From positions 248,001 through 312,000 of the forward strand of contig OZ251241.1 in the NCBI GenBank assembly GCA_965240325.2: a stretch of DNA of 64,000 nucleotides. Reading direction: 5' to 3'. A program made the position numbers and the translations under genes. Positions 48,814 through 60,660 of this stretch are shown piece after piece; position 1 is the stretch's first letter, and every line of letters begins with the position of its first letter. The stretch comes from Rebecca billardiae RCC1528 (Eukaryota; Protista; Haptophyta). The notes under the pieces are model-generated. The model searched no databases and had not been told where the DNA came from. It saw nothing but the letters and a program-made list of their open reading frames with translations.

Positions 48814-51800
48814 GAGGTGCGGTCTTCGAGGGCGCGCAGAGCCTCGCTGCTGCCAGGCTGCCGCCCATCCGCGGCAGCACCACGCCGCACGCGCTGCCCG
48901 CGCCGCCGGCCGAGGTCCGGGACGGGCCTGGCAGCGCGGCGGCCGGCGCGCGCCCCGGCGCGCCAGCGGAGCCGGCCGCGCCGAGCGGCGGCGGCGAGGC
49001 GCAGGGCGCGCCGCAGCCTCGCAAGCCGGGCTCGGCGGCGTCGGCGCGACAGTTCCCGCCCCGCGCGCCGGCGGGGGCGCAGCCCACGCCGAACACGCAG
49101 CCACCGGCCGCGCCTTCCTCGTCACCGGCCGCACCGATGGCCCCGGGCGGCGGCGCACGCGACGGCGGCGGCGGCGGCGGCGGCGGCGCGGCGTTCACGC
49201 CCGCGGGGCCCGCGCTCGACGGCGCGGCGGCGAGCGCGGCCCGCGCCGCGGCCGAGCTCGAGGGCGGGGCCGCGGCGCCGAAGCCGTCGCGCCACTCGCT
49301 GCCGCCGGGCGCGTCGACCGGCCTCTCCGACGTCGGCGCGTCGAGCGGGCGCCGCGCGTCCTCTCCTGAGCTCGCCTCTCTCACGGCACACGTGATCAGC
49401 GCGCTCACGCTGATCGGGGGCGTGCAGCAGGAGTCGAAGGCGTCGCGCGCGGCGGCGGAGGCGCGGTGCGACGCGGTCGAGAAGGACCTCGCCTTCCTCA
49501 CCACGCAGATGGCCACGGTGCGCATGGCGCTCGGCGGGCCGCGCGACGTGCCCGCCATCACCCCGGCCGAGTGGGGCCGCGTGCAGCTCGTGAGCCGGCA
49601 GGCGGCCGCGCTGCACGAGGAGATGAGCAAGGCGCACGGCCGGATGGAGAGCCAGCTGGCGGAGGCGCTCGCGCGCGAGGTGGAGGCCAGCCGCCTCGCC
49701 TCCGACGCCACGGCGCGCGTGCACGCCCTCGAGAGCGCGCTCGCCGCGACCGACGCGCGCGCCGCGCAGCACGAGAGCGCCGCCGAGGCGCGCGTGAACG
49801 AGACGCTGAGCCGAGCGCTCGGCGTGCTCGAGCAGCGCGCGGCGGACGCGGAGTCGCAGGCGGCGCAGCGCGCGCGCGTGGCGGAGGACCAGCTCGAGGT
49901 GCTCGGCCGCCGCTGCGCCGCGCTCGAGCGCGCGCTCAACGAGCGCGAGGACGCCGTGTCCGCGCGCGCGGATGAGCGCGCGCTCGCGCACGCACGCTCG
50001 GACGCGCTCGTCGCGCGCGTCGACGCGCTGGAGAGCGGCGCGCGCGCGCTGGGCGAGCGGTTCGAGGCGGTGGAGGCGAGCTTCGGCGGCGTGCTCCCCT
50101 CGCTCGACGCGCTCACCGCGCGCGTCGAGCGCGTCGCCGACGACGAGGCGAGCCACGCGTCCGCGGCCGCGCGCTCGGTCGAAGAGCTGCGCTCCGAGCT
50201 CGGGCGCGCGTCCGGGACCACCTTCGAGCTGGTGGGCGCGCTGGAGGCGCGGCTGGGCGAGGAGGCGCGCAGCGCGGCGGGCGGGTCGGACGAGGTGCGC
50301 CGCGCGCTCGCCGAGCTCAGCGGCGCCTCCGAGCGCGCCACGACCACCCTCTCCGCCGAGCTCCAGGCGCTGCGCGACCACGCAGATGAGCTTGACGAGC
50401 GCGTCGCGCAGGTCGGCCGGGCGCTCGGCGCGCTCGACGGGACGCTCGAGGGCGTGTCCGGGCGGTTCGGCGCGCTGGAGACGGCGGTGGCGTCGCTCAG
50501 CGCGGTCTCGCAGATGCGCGCGGCGGGCGGGCCCGGCGGCTCCACCACCGACGCGGCGGACGCTGCCGAGCTGCTGTATGCGCGCAGGCAGCTGCATGCG
50601 CACGCACACGCGCAGCCGCAGCAGCAGCAGCAGCAGCAGCAGCACGCGCTGGGGCGCGGCGCGGCGGCGGCGGGAGGCGGCGCGGCGCTCGACGCGCTGA
50701 CGGCGGAGGCGCTCCCCGAGCGCGTCGCCGCGCTCGAGGCCACCGCCGAGCTGCTGCTCGCCGAGAAGCTCGAGCTGCAGCAGGCGCTGGAGCGCGCGCG
50801 GCTCGGCGTGCGGCAGGCGGCCGCGGACACGGCGGGAGGCGCGCGCGACGGCGGCGGCGGCGCGATCGCTCGGGCGGGCGCGAGGGGCTCGCCGGGCGGC
50901 GGCGCGCAGCCCACCTCGCTCGCCGCCGTCGCGGCGATCGACGGGCTGCGCGACGACCTCTCCCTCCTCGGCGCGCGCATCGGCGCGCGCATCGATGAGC
51001 TGGCGCGCGAGGCTGCGGTCGCGACAAGCCTGGCGCGCGCGGCAGACAAGCGCGCCGCCTCGGCGGAGGCGGCGCTGGTGCAGGCGGCGGGCGTGGGCGC
51101 GGGCGCGCGCGGCGGCGCGGAGGGCGCCGAGGTGGTGCAGCTCAGCTCGGAGGACGCGTGGGCCGCGGCGGAGCGCGGCCTGCTCCTCGCGCGCGCGACG
51201 CAGCGCTACACGCCGACGCGCGCGCGCGCCGGCGGGAGCGGGCGGCGCACGGGCGGCGCGGACGGCCGCGCGCCCGGCGGCGGCGGCGGCGGCGCGGAGG
51301 AGGAGGAGGGCGAGTCCGCCGCGGCGGGCGCGCTGCGCGCGATCGAGTCGGTCGCCTCGCGCGTGCGCCTCCTCGAGCGCCGCCTCGAGCTCAGCGACAC
51401 CGGCCTGCACTCGCTCGGCAACGGCCACGGCGCAGAGCACGCGGGGCGCGACGACGACGATGGCGCGTATCACTCGCCCGGCGCGCGGCGCGGGAGCGGG
51501 GGCAAGTCGCCGCCGCCGCTCACCGGCAGCCGGCCGATGCTCGCGATCGCGCACGCGCAGCTCGCCGAGGCGCACTCCAACCTCGCGCTCCGCGTCGAGC
51601 TGCTCGAGTCCGCGCACGACGAGGCGGTGCGCCAGTCGTCGATGCGCGCGACGCGCGCCGCGCTCTCGGATGCGCACGGCTCGCCGCCCGGCAGCGGCGG
51701 CGGCGCGCGCGGCGGCGGCGGCGTGCTCGTGGGCGCGGGCGCAGTGCCGCTCGACACGGCGCTCGCGGCGCGCGTGTCCGAGCTCGAGGGCGCCGTCGAC

Positions 51801-53663
51801 GCGGTGCAGCGCTACGTCAGCCGGCAGCAGGAGGCCCTGCTCGAGCACCTGGGCTCGCTCGAGGCCTCCTTCAGCCTCAAGCTCGGACGGATTGCTGAGC
51901 GCGGCGGCGGGCCGGCCGCGCGCTCGGCGCTCGGCGCGGGCGGCGAGGACGAGGGAGCCGACACGCCCGGCGCGCTCGAGCCCCGCGCGCCCGGCGCGGA
52001 CGGCGGCGTCTCGGCGGTGCACGCCTCGCGCCTCTCCCTCCTCGAGCACCGCGTCGAGCGCGCCGAGCTCTCGACCTCGCAGCGCATCTCCGCCCTGCGC
52101 GCCATGGTCGAGTCGCAGGGGGCCGTGCTGGGCGACGTGCGCGCTAAGGTGCTGCGGCAGGCGGCGCTGGGCGCGCGACCGAGCGGCGCGGGCCACGGGC
52201 TCTCGGTGAGCACCGGCGGCGCCGGCGTCGGCGCGTGCGGCCTGGGCTCGTGCAGCTCGGCCGTGCGCAGCGCGAGCGGCGGTGCGGGCGACACGCCCGC
52301 CTCCTCTCCGCGCTGCGCACCCTCGGCGCACGCGGCGGCAGCCGGCGGCACAGACTTGATGGCCGGTGCGCGCGCGCGGACGCGCGAGCGCGCGCGGCGA
52401 GGCGCGCGCGCACGCGCGCGCCGCCCGCGGCGCGCCGCTCACACGCCCTGCCGCCGGCCGCGCCCCGCAGCAGCCGCCGGCGCGCCCAGGCCCAGCCCTC
52501 CGCGCGCGCAGCTGCACGCGTCCCTCGTGCGGGCGGGCTCCACACTGACGCTCTTCGAGAGGGGCAGGGTGTGGGCGCCGCGCACCCGCGCGCGGAGGCC
52601 GCGCGCCGTGGCAGGGCGGCCTCGCGCGCGGCGCGCGGGCCGGCGTGCCTGCCGTGCGCGCGCCTCCGACGCGCCCCGCGCCGCCGCTCTGCCGCGCACG
52701 CGCCGCCGCGCGCGCGCCGCGCGCGCAGGGCGCGGGCGCGCACGAGCTCGGCCGCCCAGTGCTGCGCTGGGTCCAGCTGAGCGCGGACGGGCGCACGCTC
52801 ACAGTCACGGACACGCAGCACCGCGCAAAGAAGCTCGCCATCCCGACCAAGGTGCGCGCAGCGGCGCGCCCGCCGGCGGCGCACGCGGCGGGCAGCTCGC
52901 GCGCAGCCGCGCGCGCCCCGCGCGCGCCCCCGCGCCCGCCCCGCGCCCTGCCCGCGCGCGCACTCGCGCCCGCCTCGATCATCTCGGTTGGCGCCGGTTG
53001 GCGCGTGCGCGCGCGGCGCCGCAGGACATTGCGGCGCTGCGCATCGGCGCGCTGCGGCCGTGGGCGGCGGCGGCGCCGTGGCTGCACTTCTCCATCGAGC
53101 TGCGCCCGGGCACGACCGCGCTGCCCTCGCCGCCGCCCACGGCCTCGTCGTCGCCCACGCGCGCCGCGCCGCCACCCATCGAGATGGTCACCTCGGACGG
53201 CGCCGAGCTCCTCACCTGGCTGCTCGGCTTGCAGTCGGTGGTCGTGCCGACCAACCCGGAGAGGAGGCTCACGCTCGGGCTGATCGCGCGGCACCGGCTG
53301 CGCATGATCGCGCGGCACCTGGCGGTGCGGCAGGGGCTGAGCTACAAGGAGTTCTGGGCGACCGCCATCCTGAGCGCCGCCGCCACGTACGAGAGCGCCG
53401 GCGACGAGCACGTGCAGCAGTGGCAGCAGCAGCGCGCGGCCGCCTCGCCGGCCGGCCCGCACGCGACGAGGCTCGCGAGCACGCGCCGCGCACTGCAGGC
53501 GAGCTTCGACGAGCCCGCGCGCCTAGCCGACGGCGCAGGGGCCGAGCCGCCCTCCGGGAGGCAGCGCTCCGCGCCGGTGGGCTCGCAGGGCAGCCCCACT
53601 CGCAGCGCATACCTGACGAGCGCGACGCGCTCCGCCTACGAGGACGATGGACCGGCGGAATGA
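47463..53663 (+). CDS. Large ankyrin-repeat / coiled-coil / PH-domain protein; introns about 47745-47885, 52366-52470, 52569-52728, 52852-53024
   Basis: About 6 ankyrin repeats (TPLMWAC, TPLHLA, TALHIAA), a long heptad region, and a split PLC-type PH domain ending LLTWLLGLQ. The intron 2 acceptor is uncertain. Confidence 0.8.
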
Positions 53664-53891
53664 ATGACGACGACCGCCGGATGATCGATCGCGACATATA
53701 TGCTTAGTCCGCGACTCATCCGATCGGACGACGATGATACTATCAGGTGATACTAAAGGACGATCAGACGATGCTGATGATGATGATACGATTGATACGG
53801 TGACTGATACTGATAGTGACACCTTGGGCTTGGTAGCCACGATGTCGATGATCGATTATATTGTTTTCTCGTCGCCACCACAAAAAAAGAA

Positions 53892-54959
53892 ATGTTCGCG
53901 CGCGCAGCAAGATGGCGGCGCGACAATTCATCAATGACCTCGCCTCAGCGAGGCCCGCTCCAGCTCGCGTGCGCCTACGTAGTGATCTTTGCCGTCGTTC
54001 TCACCGTTCTCACGGGCGTCCTTGTCACATCCTCTTCATTCCAACCAATGCCAGAGAGAACGGATGCGTCAGCCGGGCACTCAGAGCGCCCGCTCCAACC
54101 CCCGTCCTCTCAACAAGCTCGAATGCTGCGGTGCCTGCATGGGAGGTGGATCGTTCTCTACGGTGACTCCATTGTGCGTGGTGTGTTCCATGATCTTCGA
54201 TCTTTGCTCGAGGGCGCAGCGCCGGGGGCACTGCCACGCGAGCCTCACGACTGGAGCTACTCTGACTTCTGCCTCGAACAGCGTCGACGTGCTGCGCGGA
54301 CGAAGAATTACACAGCGTGCTCCATGTTTGATTACGTCACCTGCTCGGACGCACCCACTGTGCCAATGGTTGCCGGCGACGATGTCGCCATATCGCGTGG
54401 TCGGGGTGATCCCCAACCCTGCGAGCACCAATTCCAGCCCAAACGCACGCCTTGCCAAGATCATGGTGGAGGCAGTCAGCTGACACGGCTCACGTACTAT
54501 GGGAAGGAATTCGCCTACGACGAGTGCTTGGATTCTTCGATACTAGGCATCCTTGCCAACTGTGAGCCACGGCCAACCGACATCGTCGTCGGCAGCGCGC
54601 TCTGGGACATGCTTCATACAAGATCACAGGCCGAGTACGCCAGGCGAGTGCAGAAGCTGCTATCCGCAGTGCGCAAAGAGCCGAGGCTGACTGGGGTGCG
54701 GTTGCACTGGCTTGGGGCCACTGCTGTCGTATCCGACCTCTTGCCCCCCGAGCGCGCTGCAGTCATGACGTCGTCCAACTCGCAGGTCTACAACGAGATT
54801 GTGATGAACGTCTCTGAGCAAGGGGGTGGTCTCCCTGGAAACGGCAGCTACATAGACCTGTTCACACCCACAGCTGCGCATCCCGAGTTCTGCATAGATG
54901 GAGTTCATTACCCTGGCCTGGGTGCTCTGCCCCTTGCCACGCTGGACGCGCTCTGCTGA
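53892..54959 (+). CDS. PC-esterase/SGNH (GDS...DxxH) family protein with TM anchor, intronless
   Basis: CLHGRWIVLYGDSIVR, GSALWDML, DGVHY. Confidence 0.8.
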   Translation: MFARAARWRRDNSSMTSPQRGPLQLACAYVVIFAVVLTVLTGVLVTSSSFQPMPERTDASAGHSERPLQPPSSQQARMLRCLHGRWIVLYGDSIVRGVFHDLRSLLEGAAPGALPREPHDWSYSDFCLEQRRRAARTKNYTACSMFDYVTCSDAPTVPMVAGDDVAISRGRGDPQPCEHQFQPKRTPCQDHGGGSQLTRLTYYGKEFAYDECLDSSILGILANCEPRPTDIVVGSALWDMLHTRSQAEYARRVQKLLSAVRKEPRLTGVRLHWLGATAVVSDLLPPERAAVMTSSNSQVYNEIVMNVSEQGGGLPGNGSYIDLFTPTAAHPEFCIDGVHYPGLGALPLATLDALC

Positions 54960-55194
54960 TCGAGTACGGCTCAACTACTTATGACGACTCAATATGAGAC
55001 CGGCAGTCGTCACAGCACTCTGCGGACCGTCGGACAGGCTGTGCGGCCGGTGGCCGCGCCGCCGGTGGCACGGGCAGTGGCACCTCAGCTCTACTCAGCC
55101 TCGGTCTGACAGACTGATGACTACAGTGGCGCTGTTATTAATCGGTGCTCAGTGCTGAATATATATATATATATATAACTGATCAAGTTCGAAT

Positions 55195-56603
55195 TGTCGA
55201 AGGGAATGAAGAGCCCGAAACGACTGAGCTAAATCGGTTCGCGCCAACCGATTTAGCTCAGTCGTTTCGGGCTCTTCATTCCCTTCGACATAACCGTAAG
55301 TCTCCTGTGGGACACCCCGCGAGGGGCTGTAGTCCCGTCCAGTGTTCTGACGGATTTGTTGTCGAGGTTTTTCTCTCCCCGCCTGGTCTTTCCCAGGTGT
55401 TCCACCCTGCGTGCTCGTCTGCTCTGTGGCTTCGTAGAGACTCCGTCTTTTGTGGGCGGTGAGCCCTTCTTTGCTGCTGTGGCTTTGTGAGGCTCTTTTT
55501 GTGTCTTTGTTGTTCACCCGGGCGACTGTACCCGGAGGTTGCGCGTCGCGGACCGTGCTCGTTTTTTCTGTCGTCGTCTTTCTTTGTCGGTCATCTTCTT
55601 CGTGCTCCCCTCTTTCGTTCGTCTTTTTGCCGACTCCTCGCTTTTCATTCCCCCCCGGAGCCGCGAGGCTCTCGCGAGGTCGAAAGCGCTTCGCGTGAAA
55701 GGCCAAGAGTTGCCCGCGTCGGTCGGTCGCTGGATTCGAACAGGTGACTTTACGGTTGTGTCGAAGGGAATGAAGAGCCCGAAACGACTGAGCTAAATCG
55801 GTTCGCGCCAACCGATTTAGCTCAGTCGTTTCGGGCTCTTCATTCCCTTCGACACAACCGTAAAGTCACCTGTTCGAATCCAGCGACCGACCGACGCGGG
55901 CAACTCTTGGCCTTTCACGCGAAGCGCTTTCGACCTCGCGAGAGCCTCGCGGCTCCGGGGGGAATGAAAAGCGAGGAGTCGGCAAAAAGACGAACGAAAG
56001 AGGGGAGCACGAAGAAGATGACCGACAAAGAAAGACGACGACAGAAAAAACGAGCACGGTCCATGCGAGCCGCGCAGCGCAGGTGGATCGCGCTCCAGCA
56101 GCTCAAGGCCGCGCTCAAGCTTTACGATCGCGGTGCAGGCTATGCTCTGCCACCAACGCCGACTTCGTGTCGACGATCGGGCACTGCCGCCGACGAATCA
56201 GGAGACCCGCGTCGTCCTACCTGTGTCGTTAAATCATAGAATGGGTCCGCGACGCGCAACCTCCGGGTACAGTCGCCCGGGTGAACAACAAAGACACAAA
56301 AAGAGCCTCACAAAGCCACAGCAGCAAAGAAGGGCTCACCGCCCACAAAAGACGGAGTCTCTACGAAGCCACAGAGCAGACGAGCACGCAGGGTGGAACA
56401 CCTGGGAAAGACCAGGCGGGGAGAGAAAAACCTCGACAACAAATCCGTCAGAACACTGGACGGGACTACAGCCCCTCGCGGGGTGTCCCACAGGAGACTT
56501 ACGGTTATGTCGAAGGGAATGAAGAGCCCGAAACGACTGAGCTAAATCGGTTGGCGCGAACCGATTTAGCTCAGTCGTTTCGGGCTCTTCATTCCCTTCG
56601 ACA
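55195..56603. mobile_element. 1,409-bp fold-back (giant palindrome) element with three 96-bp hairpin units, TGT...ACA termini and 5-bp TSD CGAAT
   Basis: Units at 55195-55290, 55759-55854 and 56508-56603. CGAAT at 55190-55194 and 56604-56608. The two internal segments are reverse complements apart from a 186-bp indel and a 1-nt homopolymer difference. Confidence 0.88.
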
Positions 56604-56604
56604 C

Positions 56605-56607
<3 letters not shown>

Positions 56608-56684
<77 letters not shown>
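56608..56684. repeat. (TA)n microsatellite (a shorter tract lies at 55159-55177 on the other flank)
   Basis: Direct reading. Confidence 0.95.
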
Positions 56685-56686
<2 letters not shown>

Positions 56687-58728
56687 GATATGATGAGTGA
56701 GTGCGTGACTATATGACGACCGGGCCGCATTTGACAATCTAGATTTGAGCTGCGGGCCGCCGGAAAGGCAGCTGCAGCCATCAGGACAGTGGGCGCTTCA
56801 CGAAGCGGGCTTTCGCTGCGAGTGAGCCGGAGCGAGAGGCACGCAGCAGCGTCGGTTGGCTCGGCACCTGATGAAAAACCCAGTTCACCAGCAATTGGCC
56901 GTCCTGACCGCCGTCTAGTGGCACCAACCTCGCCTATTAGTATTAGCCGCTAAGACCCAGGAGCAGCGCAGCGAGTAAGTCGTTCTAGGCCGTCGTGCGT
57001 GCGCACAGAGCAGGCTCGAACGTCCCTCGTGGCACGAGAAGAGGGTGGCCAAGATGGTAGCCGGACTTGAGCTCGGCCGCCTGGCTCAGGCCGAATGGCA
57101 GGCAGGTGTTGATACGGCGCATTGCGCTCCCACCACGGTCCTCTTAGACAATCAGTTATTGTGCCAATAGCCCGACGTATATATGTATGTATAGCCGGCG
57201 CACTTACGCGGGCGGTGATGTGACGCCCGAGTGTCTCAGAGCGCCGCAGCGCCTGATGAGCGCCGGTAGACGGGTAGTGCGGAGTCGGCGCGGCCGTGCG
57301 GGCAGCGAGCAGTTCACGAGCAGCTCGCGCGCGCGCGTGCCAGTCCGAATCATCATCAGTCACTCAGCTGTCTCAGTAGTCAGTGCTTCCAACTCATATA
57401 ATTAATCAGCAGTATATAGACATGCAGAGTCAGTCGGTACGGACACTGAGCTCGGAGCTACTGTACTACGTACGTTGCCACTGGCCACTCTGCACTCACG
57501 GTCTCTCGCCGATCGGATGGCCGGCACTTTCAGCACGGCAAGTGCTCGGCCGGGCGGCCGGCAGCTGAATGCTTGAAACTGATGATATTTCGGATCGCGC
57601 GGTGACGATCGATTAATAACGTATATATAATCGTCATGTATCTTGCTTGCTGGGCCTATGCTGCGCTGTTCGGCTGATGCATGAATACAAGCCGCGCGCG
57701 GGCTCTGAGCGCGCGGTTCGTAGGCTCCGCGACGTTCTGACTCCGTCGTAGACCGTACTCAGTATACGCAGCAATAAATATATAGTAGTATAGCGACTCT
57801 TATACGACTATATATACGTTATTAGCGTCTTTACTCATTACACTGTTAGTCCGCCTCATATATCGATCGCCGGATCGGCGTCAGGCCGAATCATTGAGAA
57901 CGCGGTCCACTACAGCCCCGGAGCTCGGGGCTCCGGCTTTGGTCCACCCCCCCAGTCCGGTCACTGGAGCGTTACATCTTGACACTACTGCAATCGGCGG
58001 GATCGCCGCCGCCTCTGATGATCTACGATAGCTCCTAGACCACCCCAGGCGGTCCCTTGGACGACAATGTTACGGCCAGATGGATCATCATCTGTCGGAT
58101 CATCAGCCACACCGTGTCACTCTGGCAGACTGCCACACCTCGTCCTCCAATGGCAATAGGTTCAGACTCTATTTTCTATAACTAAATAGTAAATACCCAG
58201 TCCGGGTACCATTTTCGCATATTTATACAGGTGTCCGGAACGCTCCCGGGTTGTGCTGAAATATGAGTAAGGGACGGGTAATTATACAGTAAAATAGAGT
58301 CTGACGAACCTATTGGGAGGTGGTCGGATGCGACGCGACATTATTTATCTCGTTGAAGTCATCTGAATCGCCCAATCGGGGGTCGGCACGGAAGGGACTC
58401 TGCTGCATGGTCCGCTTGGTTGACTTCGGCTCGGGGCCAAGACGTAACGAAGCTGGGGGGGGTGGACCGGAGCCGGAGCCTCGGTGATGACTCGGTGTGA
58501 TCGGATGACGTGGCCGGGCTGCCGCATCAGAATGTTCGCCTGTCGCCACTGGACCGGCTGCAGCTGTACGGCGCATCTGGATGATGAGTAGCGTGTGCGG
58601 TGGTGGCTGAGGCAGCCATCGGCACCCAGTCGCGCTGCCTTCTCGGCCAGTCACTACTGCTCGGGGCAAGCACGTGGGTATCGGTCAGGACTCCCCCTTG
58701 CGGCGTGCGCGCTGCGGGTCGCGGTCGA

Positions 58729-60383
58729 TCAGTGGCCGTCCTTGTGATTCCCGCTGGGTGGCACCTCCACCTCTCCCTCCGCGAGCTCGCACTGAGACAG
58801 CGGCGCGCCGGTGTGGCCGCACAGGCTCTTGCCGAACATCATGCAGTGCTTGTCGGTGTCCATCGCGAGGTTGAACATGTCGCGGGGCGACACGCTCGGC
58901 CTGCAGTGCGCCTGCTCCTCCCCCCACGCCTTCTCGTCCTTGGGGCACGCGATGAAGTGCACGCCACGCTCGAGCCGCTCCGGCCTTGTGTTGTACGTGT
59001 TTTCAGCCATCTTGACGTACATGCCAGGCGGCCCGCGGAAGCCAGCTACCTCGGGCGGCATGTTCACGATGCCGTCCTCCGCGTTGAAGAACGTGTAGTG
59101 CTCGGGCACCAGCTTGGCGTAGAGCACGCCGAGCTCCTCCGTCATCACACGCGGCGGAGCAAACGCGAGCACGGCTGGGCGGCGCAGCCGCCACGCCGGT
59201 CGGCGCTCGCCTCCCTGCTTGAGCGGCATCTGCGACTGGCACGGCTGGTGGTTGGCGCACGATGCGTCGCCGCTCGCCGAGAACTGCGTGTCGTACATGC
59301 TCGCGATGTCCAGCGCGGCGATCATCGCCACCGCGCCACCGAGCGAGTGCCCCGTGACCATGAACCGAGGTGCGCGCGCGGCGGGCAGCTTGTAGAGCAC
59401 GTCCGCGTGCAGCTCGTCAAGGATCTGGTACACGGAGCCCTGCAGCTCTGAGCGGGCACGGGCGCGCGGAGGGCGCGGGAGAGCGTGAGTGGGTGTGTGC
59501 CGGGGCGGGGGATGAAGCGTGCGCGATGCGTGGGCGTGCGCGTACCTTGGAACGTCCAGTACGTGCCGGCTGTGAGTGGCGGGGTGAGCGGCGCGCGCGG
59601 CGGGCAGGCGCGCTGCGCGTCAGTTGCAAGGGCCAGGCGCGTGCCATGGCGGTCGCGCGCGCCGCGAGCCGGCGCGGTCGGCGCACCATGCCAGCCCGCC
59701 TTCTGCCAAGCTGGCCCGAGCTGACGGTACGGGAACTCCTTGCGCATCTGCAGCGAGATCTGCAGGTGCGTCTGGTCGACCGTCCCTTGGAAGCTCATCA
59801 CAACCATGTTGCGGCGCCGGTCGTACACCGTCAGGATGGTCATGTCCGCGTACGGCGCGCAGAACTCGCGGTGCCAGGTCACGGACACGAGCTGCTTGCA
59901 CGCGACGCACTGCCACGACGTCGCGTACCGCACCCACGGCTCGCGCGGCACCGCGTGCCAGCTGTCGTGGCAGTCGCCATCCTCTCCGTGCAGGCAGTAC
60001 GGGATGGACGCGATGTTGATGTGGAACGGGAGGTCCTGCTGGAGGAGGATGAAGGGCGCCGGGTACGCCTGGTCGCCGAGGACGCCATGTGGCTCGTACG
60101 GCGCGACCTGCTTCACCTCGCACCGGTCGAACCAGCCCGACTCGCGGTCGCCCCGGCCCTCGTACCAATCGCCGCACGAGCCTTGGTCCTGCCGCCGCGC
60201 GTACCCGCCGTCTGGGCCCATGACCCAGCACCACGGGTCGGCCACCGTGTTCGCCGAGCAGTCAGAGATGCACACACAGCCCTGCCGCGTGAGCTGCAAC
60301 CCCGTCAGGGCGCACGATGCGGCGCGCGCGAGGGCGAGCAGCAGCACGGCCCGCCGACACATGTGTTCATGCATGGGCGCCAT
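58729..60383 (-). CDS. Secreted class-3 lipase with Cys-rich N-terminal domain; introns 59570-59686 and 59448-59545 flanking a 24-nt micro-exon
   Basis: Signal peptide, SFQGT, TGHSLGGA, NAEDGI. The splice model restores colinearity with the adjacent paralog. Confidence 0.85.
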
Positions 60384-60660
60384 GGGACAGGGCTCTTTGG
60401 TCCCTTTTCTGGTCCGGATCGCATGGGCGTGCGCGGGCGCGCGCGGTGGAGCCAAGGTGGAGCAGAATCTTTTGCTGCGCCGGTCACGAACGGCGCGCGC
60501 GCGGCCCCCCGCGCAGTGCTTGCGCATCCGCTGCTGCAAGATGTTGAGCGCACAGTGCGGGTAAATCCTTCGTATTCAGGTGAACCGGCATCTGCCGCGC
60601 GGCATGCTCTAAGCTCTGGCTCCGCGGCATGCTCTAAGCAAGGCACCCCGCGCGTGGCGG

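Noticed and set aside
55205-55270. Hammerhead ribozyme-like core (ATGAAGAG..CGAAAC...GTT)
   Set aside because: The conserved C of CUGANGA is missing and no stem I can form; the stem III pairing is just the palindrome.
55195-56603. CRISPR array (three identical repeats with spacers)
   Set aside because: The repeats are 96-bp palindromes, the spacers are 468-653 bp and reverse complements of each other, there are no cas genes, and the context is eukaryotic.
56900-58600. AT-richer tract, possible transposon remnant
   Set aside because: Could not find TIRs, a TSD or coding motifs by eye
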